Origin: Octopus sinensis
Taxonomy: Eukaryota
NCBI RefSeq assembly: GCF_006345805.1
Contig: NC_042999.1
Span: forward strand, 24,986,001 to 25,050,000
Direction: 5' to 3'
DNA: 64,000 bases
The position numbers and the translations under genes are program-made. Below are positions 35,684 to 48,094 of this stretch, piece after piece. The notes beneath the pieces were generated by a model. That model had not been told where the DNA came from. It worked only from the letters and a program-made list of their open reading frames with translations, and searched no databases. Within the stretch, counting starts at the first letter, position 1. Every line of letters starts with the position of its first letter.

Positions 35684-36836
35684 AATGGTTCCAAGACGCA
35701 ACTTAATTCGTTAAACAAAAACACATTAAAAGAATATTAGTTCATCTGTTTTAACAAATGGTTTGTACATATTTTTACACTTTTTGATATACCACTTCAG
35801 TATTGTTCTTTAGGTGCCTTTTCAATTTTTATGCTTTTACAAATTTATTGACACCGTCATTAAGTCGGATAAATCAACTGAAGTTGAGATACGTTTTTTC
35901 CATTAATTTCTTAAAAAAAAGACGCAACTCGAAACAACGAAGTTAAGTTAAGCCTGTATAGTAACTACACACGTGCTGTTGACGATTTCTTTTCTTTCTT
36001 TGAACTTTCCCTTTCTTCTTTCCGATGAAGAGTTATGCTCGAAACATCAGAAACTCTTTTTACTGAGCATCAAACTAATACATTCCTTGTGCACGTCCTT
36101 TTGTTGTCTGTTATTGATAATTTTGATGTTCGTTTATTAGAATTGGCTTTATATATTGCTTAGTGGTTAAGGTGTTGCATGCATGATTGCGAGATTAAGG
36201 GTTCGATTTCCAGACCGGGCTCTGAGTTGTGTTCTTGAGCAACGCACTTCATTTCACATTGCTCTGCGATCATTTCGTCATCTGACATGTGGCACCTAGT
36301 GCACCTGTACAAGTAATGCCGATTTGATGGAGGGAGTGCGCTCATGTGGACACAAACATTTGATCACTATAAAGAAATCATCTGTGCGGTTGTTTGACAA
36401 GAAATTGGCGAACCTTCATACGTCGTCTAACGACAGGAGAGTCCGCGTGTGTATCGTTGGTGATTTTCTTTCTCCGTCTTCCCTTCCTTGGACCTTTCCT
36501 TTTTCTATGTTTCTGACGAAGAGCTCCGCTCGAAACGCTAAATCCTCCTTCTTTCTTTCCTTTCCTAAGCGTCCAATAACATTATACTTGTTCCACGTCC
36601 TCGTGTTGTGTTTTCTCTTTGTTCATGTTTGTATTAACTATATATATATATATATATATATATAAAAGTTTTTATTTATTTATGCGCCCTTTTCAAGCCT
36701 AACAAGGCTCATGGGCCCGGTTTTCCGGTTTCTATGGCGTATGTGTTCCCCCCAGCTGTTACTAAATGGCACGAGGAACATTCTAGTGAAGTTGAACATA
36801 TTATCTATATTATCTTGGCTACCGAATAATTGTCAC

Positions 36837-36876
<40 letters not shown>

Positions 36877-37024
36877 TATATGGATACAGGACATCACCAA
36901 CTGTGTAAACAACCTGAAGTACGAAAACAAACAGTAAAATATGCAAACTACGAGTGAAAAAATGGAAAACAGGACAAGTAACACGGAGAACGCCACGCAT
37001 CAATTTCCAAGTATATATATATAT

Positions 37025-37421
37025 ACTAGCAGTATCGCCCGGCGTTGCTCGGGTTTGTAAGGGAAATAACTATATAAGCATTTTTAGTGAGTTATAGCAA
37101 AAAAATAGCAAAAAAATGCACTAAAAATGGAATAAAAAATTATGGTAATTTTTTTAAAATCGTTGACTCATCGTAGACATTTTTAGAGAGTTACTTCCCT
37201 TATATAATAGCGAAAAAATGCATTAAAATGGAAAAAATGATGGTAAATTTTTTTTAAATCGTAGACTCATCGTAGACTCGCGCTAATACCCAGAAGGGCT
37301 CGATATGAATCACGACTATAAGATACCCAGTTTTGGTTAAACTGCACCGCAAAATGTGGGAGTAGTTAGGAATCTAAATCGTAGGAGACAGACACACAAC
37401 TTTACTTTTATATATAAAGAT
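37025..37421 (+). mobile_element. Non-autonomous Helitron-type element, second copy
   Basis: Same termini as 33478-33877. A 3' half recurs at ~38518-38715 and a 5' end at ~46655-46692 (minus). Confidence 0.6.
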
Positions 37422-37744
37422 TTGTGCAACAACTAAAAAATTCGGTTGTGCATATTGTTTGCACAGGAAACCTGCCCTGTGTGGCGGTTTTTGCCGTTTT
37501 TGTGGATCTGTTTCAGCTTTTTTAGCGATTTCTGTTTTGGCGACTTCAAGCCATGAAGTCGTTGTTCTAAAAGAACGCTGGTCTCCTTGACAACGCTTTA
37601 CGACGTTAATTTCCCTACCCTGCCTTCCCCACAGCTTCACGAGGGAGAGAAGAAGGGGAGGAGCTACACAGGTGCAGGTGCGAGCATGAACGCCAACGCC
37701 GCCACCGACACACGAAAAAATTGGAAGAACCCAGACGACAGCTT

Positions 37745-38085
37745 CAGCCACCACCACCACCACCACCACCACCACTACCACCATGACCACCACCACCACC
37801 ACTACCACCATGACCACCACCACCACCACTACGCCCATGACCATCACCACCACCATCACGAAGACCACCACGACCACCACGGCCACCACCATCATCACCA
37901 CCACCACCACCACCACCACAAACACGACGACCACCATCGCCACCACCCCCACGACCACGACCACGACCACGACCACCAACAACAACACCACCACCACCAC
38001 CACCACAAACACGACGACCACCATCACCACTACCAGCACCACCACCACCACCGCTGCCACTACCACCGCCTCCACCACCACCATA
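37745..38085. repeat. Compound (CAC/CAT/GAC)n microsatellite
   Basis: Direct inspection. Confidence 0.95.
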
Positions 38086-38703
38086 ATATGCCTCTGCTCT
38101 CTCCTTTTGGCTACTAAATCCATTACCATATTTCACAAGTATCATCGCCATACAATATTGCCTTCAAAAGTTTGTGTTTGGATAATATTTTTTAAGTAAA
38201 AGTTGTGCAACAACTAAAACATTCGGTTGTGCAAATTCTTTGCACGGGAAACCTTCCCTGTGTGGCGTGTTTCCCGATTTTGTAGAATTTGCTTTCGGGC
38301 TTTCCTAGCCTTTTCTGTTTTGGTGTCTTCAAGCCATGAAGTCGTTGTTCTTAAAGAACGCTGGTCTCCTTGACAACGCTTTACGACGTTGATTTCCTTA
38401 CACTCCCTTCCCCACAGCTTCACGAGGGAGGGAAGAAGGGGGAGAAGCAACACAGGTGCAGGTGTGAGCGTGGACGCCAACTCCGCCGCCATCGACACAC
38501 GAAAAAATTGGAAGAAAGGGAAAAAAATGATGTTAAATTATTTTTAAAATCGTAGACTCATCGTAGACGCGCGCTAATACGCAGACGGGCTCGATATGAA
38601 TCACGACTATAAGATACCCGAATTTGGTTAAACTGAACCGCAAAATGTGGGAGTAGTTAGGAATCTAAATCGTAGGAGACAGACACTCACACAACTTCAC
38701 TTT

Positions 38704-38735
<32 letters not shown>

Positions 38736-38962
38736 GGATACATGCTATCAATGTAGTTAGTGGCGTATCAATGCGTAACACTTATCTTTCTTCCCAACAT
38801 TGCATTTTATTTTTTCTCTCCTTTTCTTTCCCTTTGTCTCATACAGGATCGCAATTACTCCTTTTTCATTGCAGCAAACTTATTTATTTTGTGATAATTC
38901 GCCCTTGTTAATTTTTAATGACTTTTTCTGACTCATTTTTCTTAAATTCTTAATTGAGAATT

Positions 38963-38993
<31 letters not shown>

Positions 38994-39309
38994 AGAAGGA
39001 GGGTGAGATAAGAGGAGTAAATGCCTAACAGTATTTAAATTCGATCGTCTGTTTCGTGTTCAAATTCTGCCCAGATTGATTTTGTCATTCGTACATACGG
39101 TAATGATTAAATTATATAGAAGTTATGTAGTAAGGTTGTTTCATTTAACAGGAGTGGCTGTGTGGTAAGTAGCTTGCTAACCAACCACATGGTTCCGGGT
39201 TCAGTCCCACTGCGTGGCATCTTGGGCAAGTGTCTTCTGCTATAACCTAGGGCCGACCAAAGCCTTGTGAGTAGATTTGGTAGACGGAAACTGAAAGAAG
39301 CCTGTCGTA

Positions 39310-39371
<62 letters not shown>

Positions 39372-39461
39372 GTATAAGGGTGAAAAGGAACACACGAGTT
39401 GATATATATGAAAAAACAAGTCAAAATAGAAAATGCTAAAATAATTTTATAGTGAACATTT

Positions 39462-39499
39462 CAGTACCGGTTTCGGTCATTTTGAGACCTTTTCAACTG
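39462..39499 (-). ncRNA. Mirror copy of the hammerhead ribozyme in the inverted arm
   Basis: Exact reverse complement of 42982-43019. It lies in sense orientation on the tyrosinase pre-mRNA. Confidence 0.72.
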
Positions 39500-40058
39500 T
39501 AACGATTAAATAATTAAATTTAGAAAAATTAGAAGAAAAGTTTTTTTAAAGGAATATTTCTATAGTAGTGTTCAGATATAAGTGGCATTCTGCCTTTCTC
39601 TGACTCCCTTGTTTGCACTTGTGTGTTCGAGGTCGTTGTGAGTTCTTGTAGGGTAGTAGAGGAAGAGGGCTGGTGAGGAAAGGGGGGTGGGAGAATCTGG
39701 GAGTGCCCCGATGGTCGTATTTTGAATGGTCAGTGGCGGCTGGCAGTCTCAGTTCAATTCAGGAGAATATTTATATTGACAGGCTTGTTTATAGAATTAG
39801 CGTAGGTGTTATACTAAAAAACATTAGTGACAAAGTTAAGGGGTAGGGGGTGGAGAAGTAGTAGAAGAAGAAGAAGAAGAAGGAGAAGGAGAAGGAGAAG
39901 GAGAAGGAGAAGATGACGATGATGGTGATGGTGGTGATGATTATGACGACGATGATGATGATAATGATGATGATGAAGAAGAAGAAGAAGAAGAAGGAGG
40001 AGAAGGAGAAGATGGTGGTGATGATGATGACGACGATGATGATGATAATGATGATGAT

Positions 40059-40091
<33 letters not shown>

Positions 40092-42388
40092 AAAAACAGA
40101 GAAGGGAGAATATGAATGGGTGTAAATATAGCTATGAAGGGGCTGATTAGTAATGGATTCTATGGAGTGTAATATTTGTGTGTATATTTTTCTTTTATTC
40201 TAAAGTTGAGGTATATTAATTGTTTGTCGTAGACCCGTTAAGAAGTGGCTTGTATTTTGTAATAAAGAGATTTTCTTTACTTATTCGTTGTCTCGAGGTT
40301 GTATCGTCCCTAAATTGGTAGAGGGGGAAATTCTGAAGTTTGGTGTTTTTTTGTTGGCGCAAGTATCTATGTGTTGGCTAAAAGCTATTTTTCTGTTTTG
40401 GGGAATTTTTATCTGGGATCTGTGCAGGGCCATTCGTTTACGCAAACCATTTTTTGTTTGGCCTATGTACTGCTCTTGACACCCGGAGCAGGTTAGTGAG
40501 TATATTAGGTTTTCCGAAGCACATGTGAAGTTGCTTTTCACTGTAAACCGTTGTCCCTGTTTGAAGGAGAACTCTGATCCCTCAATAAGATAGTCGCATA
40601 TCCCGCAATTGGGTCTTCCACATTTTTTTACTGTCGGCTTCTGTGTTGAAGAGTGAATTCGGGCTTGTGTAAGGAGACTTTTCATGGATCTAGGCTGTCT
40701 TTTGCTTTTTATGATCGTGTGTGTTTTTGGAGGATTGTGTTCATTCTGTGGTCTTTTTTTAGGAGGGGTATGTTGTGGAGGATGGTGTCGAAGGCTTCGT
40801 TATTGAGATATGCTCAATCACCTACCGAATACTATAAACAAAAACACCATACTGGTATCCTTCGATGTAGTCAACCTCTACTCCAATATCCCCCACAACC
40901 TAGGACTAGAGGCAATCCAATTCTGGCTAGAGAATCACGCCAACGAACTACCACACCGCATCAAAAAAGAATTTGTGATAGAAGGGGTTAAATTCATCCT
41001 GGAAAATAACTTCTTCGCCTTCAATGACAACTTCTACCGACAAAAATCGGGGACTGCGATGGGTACACGAATGGCCCCCTCCTTTGCCAACCTAGTCATA
41101 GGATACCTAGAGATCAGTCTGTATCGTAAGGTTCTAGAAAGATATGGCAGCCCTTTCTCCATCTACATAGAAAACAACTGGAAGAGATATCTAGATGACT
41201 GTTTCATCCTTTGGCATAAAAATATAGAAAAACTCATAGAATTCCAGAAAATTTTAAACGGACTGGACGTAAACATCCAATTCACGATGGAATATAGCCA
41301 ACAACAACTCCCCTTCCTCGATATCCTCATTAAGAAAGCTAATAATATAATAGAAACAGACATATACTATAAGCCTACAGACTCTAAGCAATATCTTCCA
41401 TTCAATTCATGCCACCCCAGACACACCAGGATGAATATCCCCTTCAATCTAGCAAAAAGGATATGCACTATAGTCTCTAACGCAAACACCAGAGACACAC
41501 GACTACAAGAACTAAAAGATACCCTAATCACCAGGAACTATCCACCTTCACTTATTGACAAGTGCATTCAACGTGCCCTTCAACTTAACATCAAGGAACT
41601 GAGACATCCCAAATCCAAGAAAAACTTACAACCAAAAGCCTTACCATACATCTCCACACACAACCCTCTCAATAACGAAGCCTTCGACACCATCCTCCAC
41701 AACATACCCCTCCTAAAAAAAGACCACAGAATGAACACAATCCTCCAAAAACACACACGATCATAAAAAGCAAAAGACAGCCTAGATCCATGAAAAGTCT
41801 CCTTACACAAGCCCGAATTCACTCTTCAACACAGAAGCCGACAGTAAAAAAATGTGGAAGACCCAATTGCGGGATATGCGACTATCTTATTGAGGGATCA
41901 GAGTTCTCCTTCAAACAGGGACAACGGTTTACAGTGAAAAGCAACTTCACATGTGCTTCGGAGAACCTAATATACTCACTAACCTGCTCCGGGTGTCAAG
42001 AGCAGTACATAGGCCAAACAAAAAATGGTTTGCGTAAACGAATGGCCCTGCACAGATCCCAGATAAAAATTCCCCAAAACAGAAAAATAGCTTTTAGCCA
42101 ACACATAGATACTTGCGCCAACAAAAAACACCAAACTTCAGAATTTCCCCCTCTACCAATTTAGGGACGATACAACCTCGAGACAACGAATAAGTAAAGA
42201 AAATCTCTTTATTACAAAATACAAGCCACTTCTTAACGGGTCTACGACAAACAATTAATATACCTCAACTTTAGAATAAAAGAAAAATATATATACACAC
42301 ACAAATATTACACTCCATAGAATCCATTACTAATCAGCCCCTTCATAGCTATATTTACACCCATTCATATTCTCCCTTCTCTGTTTTT

Positions 42389-42421
<33 letters not shown>

Positions 42422-42981
42422 ATCATCATCATTATCATCATCATCGTCGTCATCATCATCACCACCATCTTCTCCTTCTCCTCCTTCTTCTTCTTCTTCT
42501 TCTTCTTCATCATCATCATTATCATCATCATCGTCGTCATAATCATCACCACCATCACCATCATCGTCATCTTCTCCTTCTCCTTCTCCTTCTTCTTCTT
42601 CTTCTTCTTCTTCTTCTTCTACTTCTCCACCCCCTACCCCTTAACTTTGTCACTAATGTTTTTTAGTATAACACCTACGCTAATTCTATAAACAAGCCTG
42701 TCAATATAAATATTCTCCTGAATTGAACTGAGACTGCCAGCCGCCACTGACCATTCAAAATACGACCATCGGGGCACTCCCAGATTCTCCCACCCCCCTT
42801 TCCTCACCAGCCCTCTTCCTCTACTACCCTACCAAGAACTCACAACGACCTCGAACACACAAGTGCAAACAAGGGAGTCAGAGAAAGGCAGAATGCCACT
42901 TATATCTGAACACTACTATAGAAATATTCCTTTAAAAAAACTTTTCTTCTAATTTTTCTAAATTTAATTATTTAATCGTTA

Positions 42982-43019
42982 CAGTTGAAAAGGTCTCAAA
43001 ATGACCGAAACCGGTACTG
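42982..43019 (+). ncRNA. Minimal type-I hammerhead ribozyme (Penelope-associated, U3-A8 variant)
   Basis: CAG-UUGAAAA-GGUC(UCAAAAU)GACC-GAAA-CCGG-UA-CUG: helix I CAG/CUG, 4-bp helix II, palindromic ACCGGU helix III, GUA cleavage triplet. Confidence 0.75.
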
Positions 43020-43068
43020 AAATGTTCACTATAAAATTATTTTAGCATTTTCTATTTTTGACTTGTTT

Positions 43069-43127
<59 letters not shown>

Positions 43128-43840
43128 TGTGTATGTTTGTGTGTCTGTGTTTGTCCCCCTAGCATTGCTTGACAACCGATGCTGGTGTGTTTATGTCCCC
43201 GTTACTTAACGGTTCGGCAAAAGAGACCGATAGAATAAGTACTGGGCTTACAAAGAATAAGTCCCGGGGTCGATTTTCTCGACTAAAGGCGGTGCTCCAG
43301 CATGGCCGCAGTCAAATGACTGAAACAAGTAAAAGAGTAAAGAGTAAAGAGTAACTATATTCCATACCTGAAAATATCTACGATAATCGAAGAAACCATC
43401 ACCAAATGATGGCCCGAGCTGGCTCACATTACTATAGCCTGTTTCATTCGCATTAATAGCTTTTTAGTTTACCTTGTAACAGGCATAAACATCACATGAT
43501 TCCATCAATATACAAAGCGTTTGTACTCCGTGGGAAAAGAATTAATATTTTATTACTGCTTTCAGGAGGCGGAGTCAGCTGAATCAATATAGGGGCCTGC
43601 ATCATAGCACTGCCATGATACTCCACTTTAGCTGACTAAGTTCTCGCATCTATCCTCAGGTGTTGAAAGTCGATATATTTTAGTGTTGTAATTAGCAAGA
43701 ATAGTGTATGGAAAATAGACCATAATAGATCTGTGTTAAGATTACAGTGCTGCTACTAGGACTTGCCTGTATTTGACGTTGTTTCAACAAATTCTATCAG
43801 CTTCACATCGAAGAAGATTCAAAGTAAATGTGTTACTTAC

Positions 43841-43950
43841 AGAATTAAGTATATTCGGTGCCATCCGAGAAAACCTGGTCCTTCATGGGCGATATTCTTT
43901 AGAATTGCATGGAAATTACAGAGAGCATCGTATTTATTGGGCCTGAGGGA
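43841..43950 (-). CDS. tyr: Tyrosinase-like gene, coding exon 2 (CuA site)
   Basis: Acceptor cctacag|, donor |gtaagt, 110 nt (phase 0 to 2). Encodes SLRPNKYDALCNFHAILKNIAHEGPGFLGWHRIYLI, containing the three CuA His. Confidence 0.93.
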
Positions 43951-44389
43951 CTGTAGGATATAGGAATAGAACGACATCAAAACTACAAGTGTATTTCTTT
44001 TCAGACAACAACTAAAAATAGAACAAGAAAGTTTACATCCAACATGGTGTGGTGTAGTTTGATGTGGTGTAGTGTTGTGGATGCTGTTTGTGGTTGTTGT
44101 GTTGACCGAGTCAACTGAAATTGACAAAGTGCGACGCACACAGTCAGAAATACCCTTCATTTATTCATATGGCCGTCCATCAAAACAGTAGCCAAATCTG
44201 ATTCAAATTATATGCTACCGTCTTAAAGATGTGGTACCGTGTGGTGCCATGTTGTACTGTGTGGTACCATCTGATATCGATGAAACACTGTCCACTTCCT
44301 CTTTCTCTCCTCGTTGTCGTTGTTGTTATTTAAACCCAGGTCAGCATTAATTGAGATGACCTATCATCAAAACATTGCAAGCTTGATTA

Positions 44390-44515
44390 TATCTTCTACA
44401 CCAGACATAGTGAATAAAGACCCATCATTTGATATCGTAGATTTCTATGCATCTATTTCTAGGAAATTGCTAGATAAAGCCTTCACTTTCGTAAGCGGAT
44501 TTATAGAGATCCTAT
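44390..44515 (+). mobile_element. Penelope-like RT fragment
   Basis: SFDIVDFYASISRKLLDKAFTFVS resembles PLE RT motif 3. Confidence 0.55.
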
Positions 44516-46269
44516 CCAGGGGCCGTATTATCGATTTTTTCAACAATCTAAGTATGCCATGAGGTTTCCAGACATGAGTTCTACTCACATGTCAAGTTTC
44601 CTCAAAATCAATAAAACGATGTAGGAGGAGTTAGCTAACAACGCCACAAACACCGACTTTTCACATATGTAGTAGACAAGCTGGTGTACCCGGTAATTCC
44701 CGGGGGTGAAGATGTTCGATTGAAACTTCTTATTACTCTGATATAAGAAAGCAATTTCGTTATAACTGCCACAAAAGGTGTATTTTCCGTCACGAAAAAG
44801 TACAAAAAAAAAAACTGTCAGCCGGAGGAGGGAGAGATTGTTGGGGGTTGGCGAGAGAGGTTTTTAGAAGTTGGCGAGAAAGATTGTCGGAGGTTGGTGT
44901 GAGAGGTTGTCGGGGGTTGGTGAGAGGCAAAGACATTATTCTGTTTAGCGAAGGCATCTGGCAAATGTATAACTGCTGTTATTCACAGAGAAACTATTGT
45001 TTTAGTGTGAGAAAAGCGCTGCTGAAGTTTTAAGTAAAATTTGGCAATCGTGGACAGAATCCACGCTTTGCCTGCATGAAGCCACTACATATACGTTGTG
45101 GAATAAAAAAAATTAATCTGCTGTCATGGAAAGTGTAACTGTAAAAATGCAGAATTATCGGAGTAATGGGCATTCAAAAAAGTATTTAGGTATAGAAATG
45201 TATGAATGAAGTCTTTAATGTGTAAGATTCAAATTAAGGAAATGCAATAATAATGTTCAGTAGTTCAAAACTGAGTAATGAAATGCAGAATTAGGTCGGC
45301 TGATTGTGAAAATCCAATAGTGATCGCTTCACTAAAATCTGCAGGTAGTATTAGTTATTTCCCTTATGTTGTTTAAAGAAAATATTCGTAATATGTAGTT
45401 GATAGAAGGATCCATTGGAAGGGCCCTATTATCGATTTTTTTCAACAATCTAAGTATGTCAAGAAGTTTCCAGTCATGAGTTCTACTCACGTGTCAAATA
45501 AAGTATGAAAGTGATATTGTCTGCAAAAATTAAAAATAGGTCACACAAAAAAATCAATATTCAAAGTAATCGAACATTGAGTGTTTTAAAAAATATTGTA
45601 CATGTGCTACGGGTTATTTCCCTTGGGTGTTTAAAAATAGTTATATGAGTTAGATATAAAGGTCTTACTTCGGGACTGGTAACCAATTTACAAGAGTTTT
45701 CCAGACCGTCTACGCGTAATAATAATAAAGTCAACATTTGTTAGTCTTACATTATATTATGTTCTTAAGTTGATTATTCAACTGTGGAGTAGATTGGTTA
45801 GTTTATGATTCCGCTGGGTAATTAAAGCGGGGTATATATTATTTTGGTGTGGAATCCTGAGTTTGACTAAGAACATTTTTTGCGCATGTGTGCATTAAAT
45901 TGGTTTTAACCAGTGGTGAGTTTTAGTCACCGACGGTGTAAGTGAAGGGGGATAACTCTAACTTAAGGTGAAACGGGAGCTAACTCAAACCGGATTATTT
46001 ACACTAGGGAGGGTGGTTTAAAATTATATTATGGCTAAAGTTTAGTAAGTTCATAGAGATAAAAGGGGCCCTATGTAGGTGTAAAGTAAATTATAATGGA
46101 ATGTGGAGGGCGAGTGGGGTTGGGGGTGACCGTTTATGTCTAAGTGTTTAAGGTGGTTCCCAGCTAATTAGACTTATATAGATGAATATGCTAGTGTGGG
46201 ATTTGTAGAAGGTCCTACTATTTTACCAATACTTTGAAAAGACACAGAGGCCTACATGAAGACAAAAAA

Positions 46270-46640
46270 TGTCGTTCTCGGGCCGAGCAAAGCTTTGTGA
46301 GTGGATTTGATAGACTGAAACTGAAAGAAGACCATCATATATATGTGTATATTTGTGTGTGTGTGTGTGTGTCAGTGTTTGTACCCCCACTATCGTTTGA
46401 CAACCAATGTTGGTGTGTTTACGTTCCCATAACTTAGCGGTTTGGCGGAAGAGATCGATTGAATAAGTACCAGGCTAACAAAGAATAAGTCCTGGGGTAA
46501 ATATCCGTCGAATGTAAATAACGTAAATAATGTACATAATTCCTCATCTCTTAAATATAGAACTGTACTGGGGTAAATTTGTTCGACTAAAGGCAGTGCT
46601 CCAGCATGGCCGCAGTGAAATGACTGAAACAAGTAAAAGA
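46270..46640 (+). mobile_element. SINE family A (5'-truncated, small insertion)
   Basis: Body match with a ~70-bp insert at ~46500-46570. Confidence 0.8.
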
Positions 46641-47043
46641 ATATGAAACTATGCCATTTTAACCCTGAGCAACGCCGAGTATCCCTGCTAGTATATTATA
46701 TAATTTTAAAACTTACCCTCAGGTAAGTACTTTTTGTTTCTTTCTCTCTATCTATTCAACAAACTTTTTAACCAAGTAATTCCCTTCAAGTCTCGAACAT
46801 TTCTCTCTTTCTCTTTATCCTCTCACTTCCACTAACCACATAAGTAACACATTATAATGCATCGACTGGCTATATGCTCCCTCACTCACTCTCACATTCC
46901 CTCTTCTTCTCCCTTACGAATTAATGCATAAAATGGGAATGAACAGGTAGAAGAATAATATAGATTTAGTTAAAAAAAATTTCACCACTGCCGCCGCCGC
47001 CACCACCACCATCACCACCACGTCATCATCACCTTTACTACTG

Positions 47044-47079
<36 letters not shown>

Positions 47080-48094
47080 TGACAATACAAACGCTACCTA
47101 CCTCTCTCTCTCTCTCCTCTCTCCCTCTTTCCTACCCTATCTCTCTCCCTCTGTCTTTTCTCTTCTCTTAATGTAATTTCCTACCGTGTCCATTTCTCTT
47201 TATCTGTCTTTCTTTAACCTCACTACCAGAACATCAACCTCTGCCAAATATTGTATCCTAAACATATCTCTTTCTTTTTACCGTTCCCTCCTCACGCTAC
47301 AGCACGTCGTTAACACTTTTCTCCCTCCCTCTTTTTTCTCACTCTTACTCTCTCGCTCTTCACCTCTCGCTTCAACTAACCACGTGACGCATTTTGCCTC
47401 ATTTCCTCACTTCTTTCTTCTCTCTCTCAAATTTGATCCACCTATTACTCACTTCACCCCCACCTCTCTAATTAACTAAAGCATGACGGGAAAATGAACG
47501 AGCAGATTATTATATATACTAGTGGGACCAGGAAAAAGGTAAGTTAGAAAGAAAGAGAGAGAAGAATTAACCCCCACTGTAAAGCTGGTAATATATTTAT
47601 CAACCCCGAAAGGATAAGCGGTAAAGTTGACTCCGGCAACATTCAAATTTAGCCTGAACAATCCATCATCATCATCATTGTTCGACCGTGGTCGAGACAA
47701 TGGAATTTACCATGCTACGCCAGACTTCTTTTTGAACAATTAATGTCTAGTGATCTATCCGACACTCTAACCACCATACCAACTGACCGTTATGTATGTG
47801 TGTGTGTAAGAGTATAATATATTAGTTTCAAATTTTGGCACAAGGCCAGCAATTTCGTGGGAGGGAGTAGGTCGATTATATCGGCCCCAGTGCTCATATG
47901 GTACTTATTTTTTTAAAGACGACCTCGGTAGTATTTGAACTCAGAACGTAAAGACGGATGAAATACTACGAAGCAGTTTGTCGGCGTGCAAACCATTCAG
48001 CCAGCTCGTCACTTTGTGTAAGAGTAATATATTTAAGACCGTATATGTATGCATATGTATTCAGAACATATAAATATAAATGTTTGTATATATA

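Larger units (their letters stand above)
39402..43080 (+). mobile_element. Penelope-like retroelement, 5'-truncated, with an inverted copy of its 3' part
   Basis: RT ORF 40810-41766 (LVSFDVVNLYSNIP, GTAMGTRMAPSFANL, WKRYLDD, LPFLD, YYKPTDSKQYL) is followed by GIY-YIG ORF 41790-42164 (CxxC, LIYSLTCSGCQEQYIGQT). Interval 39402-40808 is the reverse complement of 41667-43080. Flanked by (TA)n. Confidence 0.95.
39149..43352 (+). mobile_element. SINE family A split by the Penelope insertion
   Basis: The 5' half (39149-39370) and 3' half (~43081-43352) are collinear across the internal (TA)n. Confidence 0.85.

Noticed and set aside
37587-38117. His-rich ORF (and the antisense poly-Val/Gly and poly-Thr ORFs) in the tyrosinase intron, tempting as a copper-binding peptide
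   Set aside because: All frames are open only because of the (CAC)n microsatellite; the N-terminus belongs to a duplicated non-coding unit; no splice or composition support.
39913-40125. Met/Lys-rich ORFs here and at 42355-42570
   Set aside because: Translation of the GAT/GAA repeat in the Penelope 3'UTR.
43385-43460. Possible extra tyrosinase exon ending CAG|GTATGG on the minus strand
   Set aside because: No good acceptor and an upstream in-frame stop; exons 2 and 3 already join in frame with canonical homology (WHRIYLILLENAL).
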